The notes under the pieces: model-generated
What the model was told of the DNA's origin: nothing
Database searches by the model: none
Seen by the model: only the letters and a program-made list of their open reading frames with translations
Translations under genes and position numbers: made by a program
NCBI GenBank assembly: GCA_013239625.1
Contig: MU054212.1
Location: 9,100,898-9,164,897, forward strand
Direction: 5' to 3'
Length of the DNA: 64,000 nt
Source of the DNA: Lama guanicoe
Taxonomy: Eukaryota
Part shown: piece by piece, positions 63,661 to 64,000 of the stretch
How positions within the stretch are numbered: position 1 is the stretch's first letter
How the letters are laid out: the number at the start of each line of letters is the position of its first letter

Positions 63661-64000
63661 TCATAATAAGCGACAAGCAGAATTATTCTTGTTACGATCT
63701 CAGGCGAAGTCAGTGGAAACTGAACCAGAGATACTTGCTGGCAGAGAGTCGAGCTCCCCACGGCTGGCCAGCGCTCTGTGCCCCTGCTCCGGGCATCTCC
63801 TCTAACCAAGCCTCACTTACCCAGTTACCTGCTCACACTTCTGTGTTTCATTATCACTGGCACGTGGCATCGGGAAGCCAGTGGGTGGCAGAGGGGTATG
63901 TTCTTATGGCCCCTAAAAGGGATGATAAAGAAAGAATGAAGTAAGAATACTAAAGGTGGAGAAGGCAGGGACTAAAGACACTTGGTTTCCAAGAAGGTGG

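Larger units (their letters stand above)
1..64000 (+). other. FHOD3: FHOD3 gene body (partial); the window starts and ends in introns
   Basis: Four collinear in-frame exons. No start or stop exon of the gene is seen. The first 32 kb contain no recognisable exon, consistent with a large intron. Confidence 0.9.

Overview
Mammalian genomic DNA, most likely a camelid: it carries three tRNA-derived SINEs resembling camelid vic-1 and several artiodactyl-type L1 3' ends. The whole 64 kb lies inside the formin gene FHOD3 on the + strand. Four coding exons are present (31986-32080, 49050-49161, 56756-56850, 62616-62759; 95/112/95/144 nt). All have AG/GT boundaries and splice in frame into part of the N-terminal GBD/FH3 armadillo region; from memory they correspond to human exons 6-9. 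The remainder is intron filled with L1, L2, MIR, MLT LTRs, DNA transposon relics and simple repeats. The other six-frame ORFs look like noise or L1 ORF2 remnants. I found no prokaryote-type system and cannot claim a new biological system. The best leads are: (i) inverted lineage-specific SINEs bracketing a phase-matched 207-nt exon pair that would form a stop-free circRNA; (ii) an exact tandem duplication of a CTCF-like motif; (iii) a sense MLT1 LTR with a poly(A) signal starting 13 nt after a weak splice donor; (iv) twin-primed, nested and tail-less L1 insertions; (v) a CpG-rich intronic enhancer candidate. Repeat family names come from recognition by eye and repeat boundaries are approximate.
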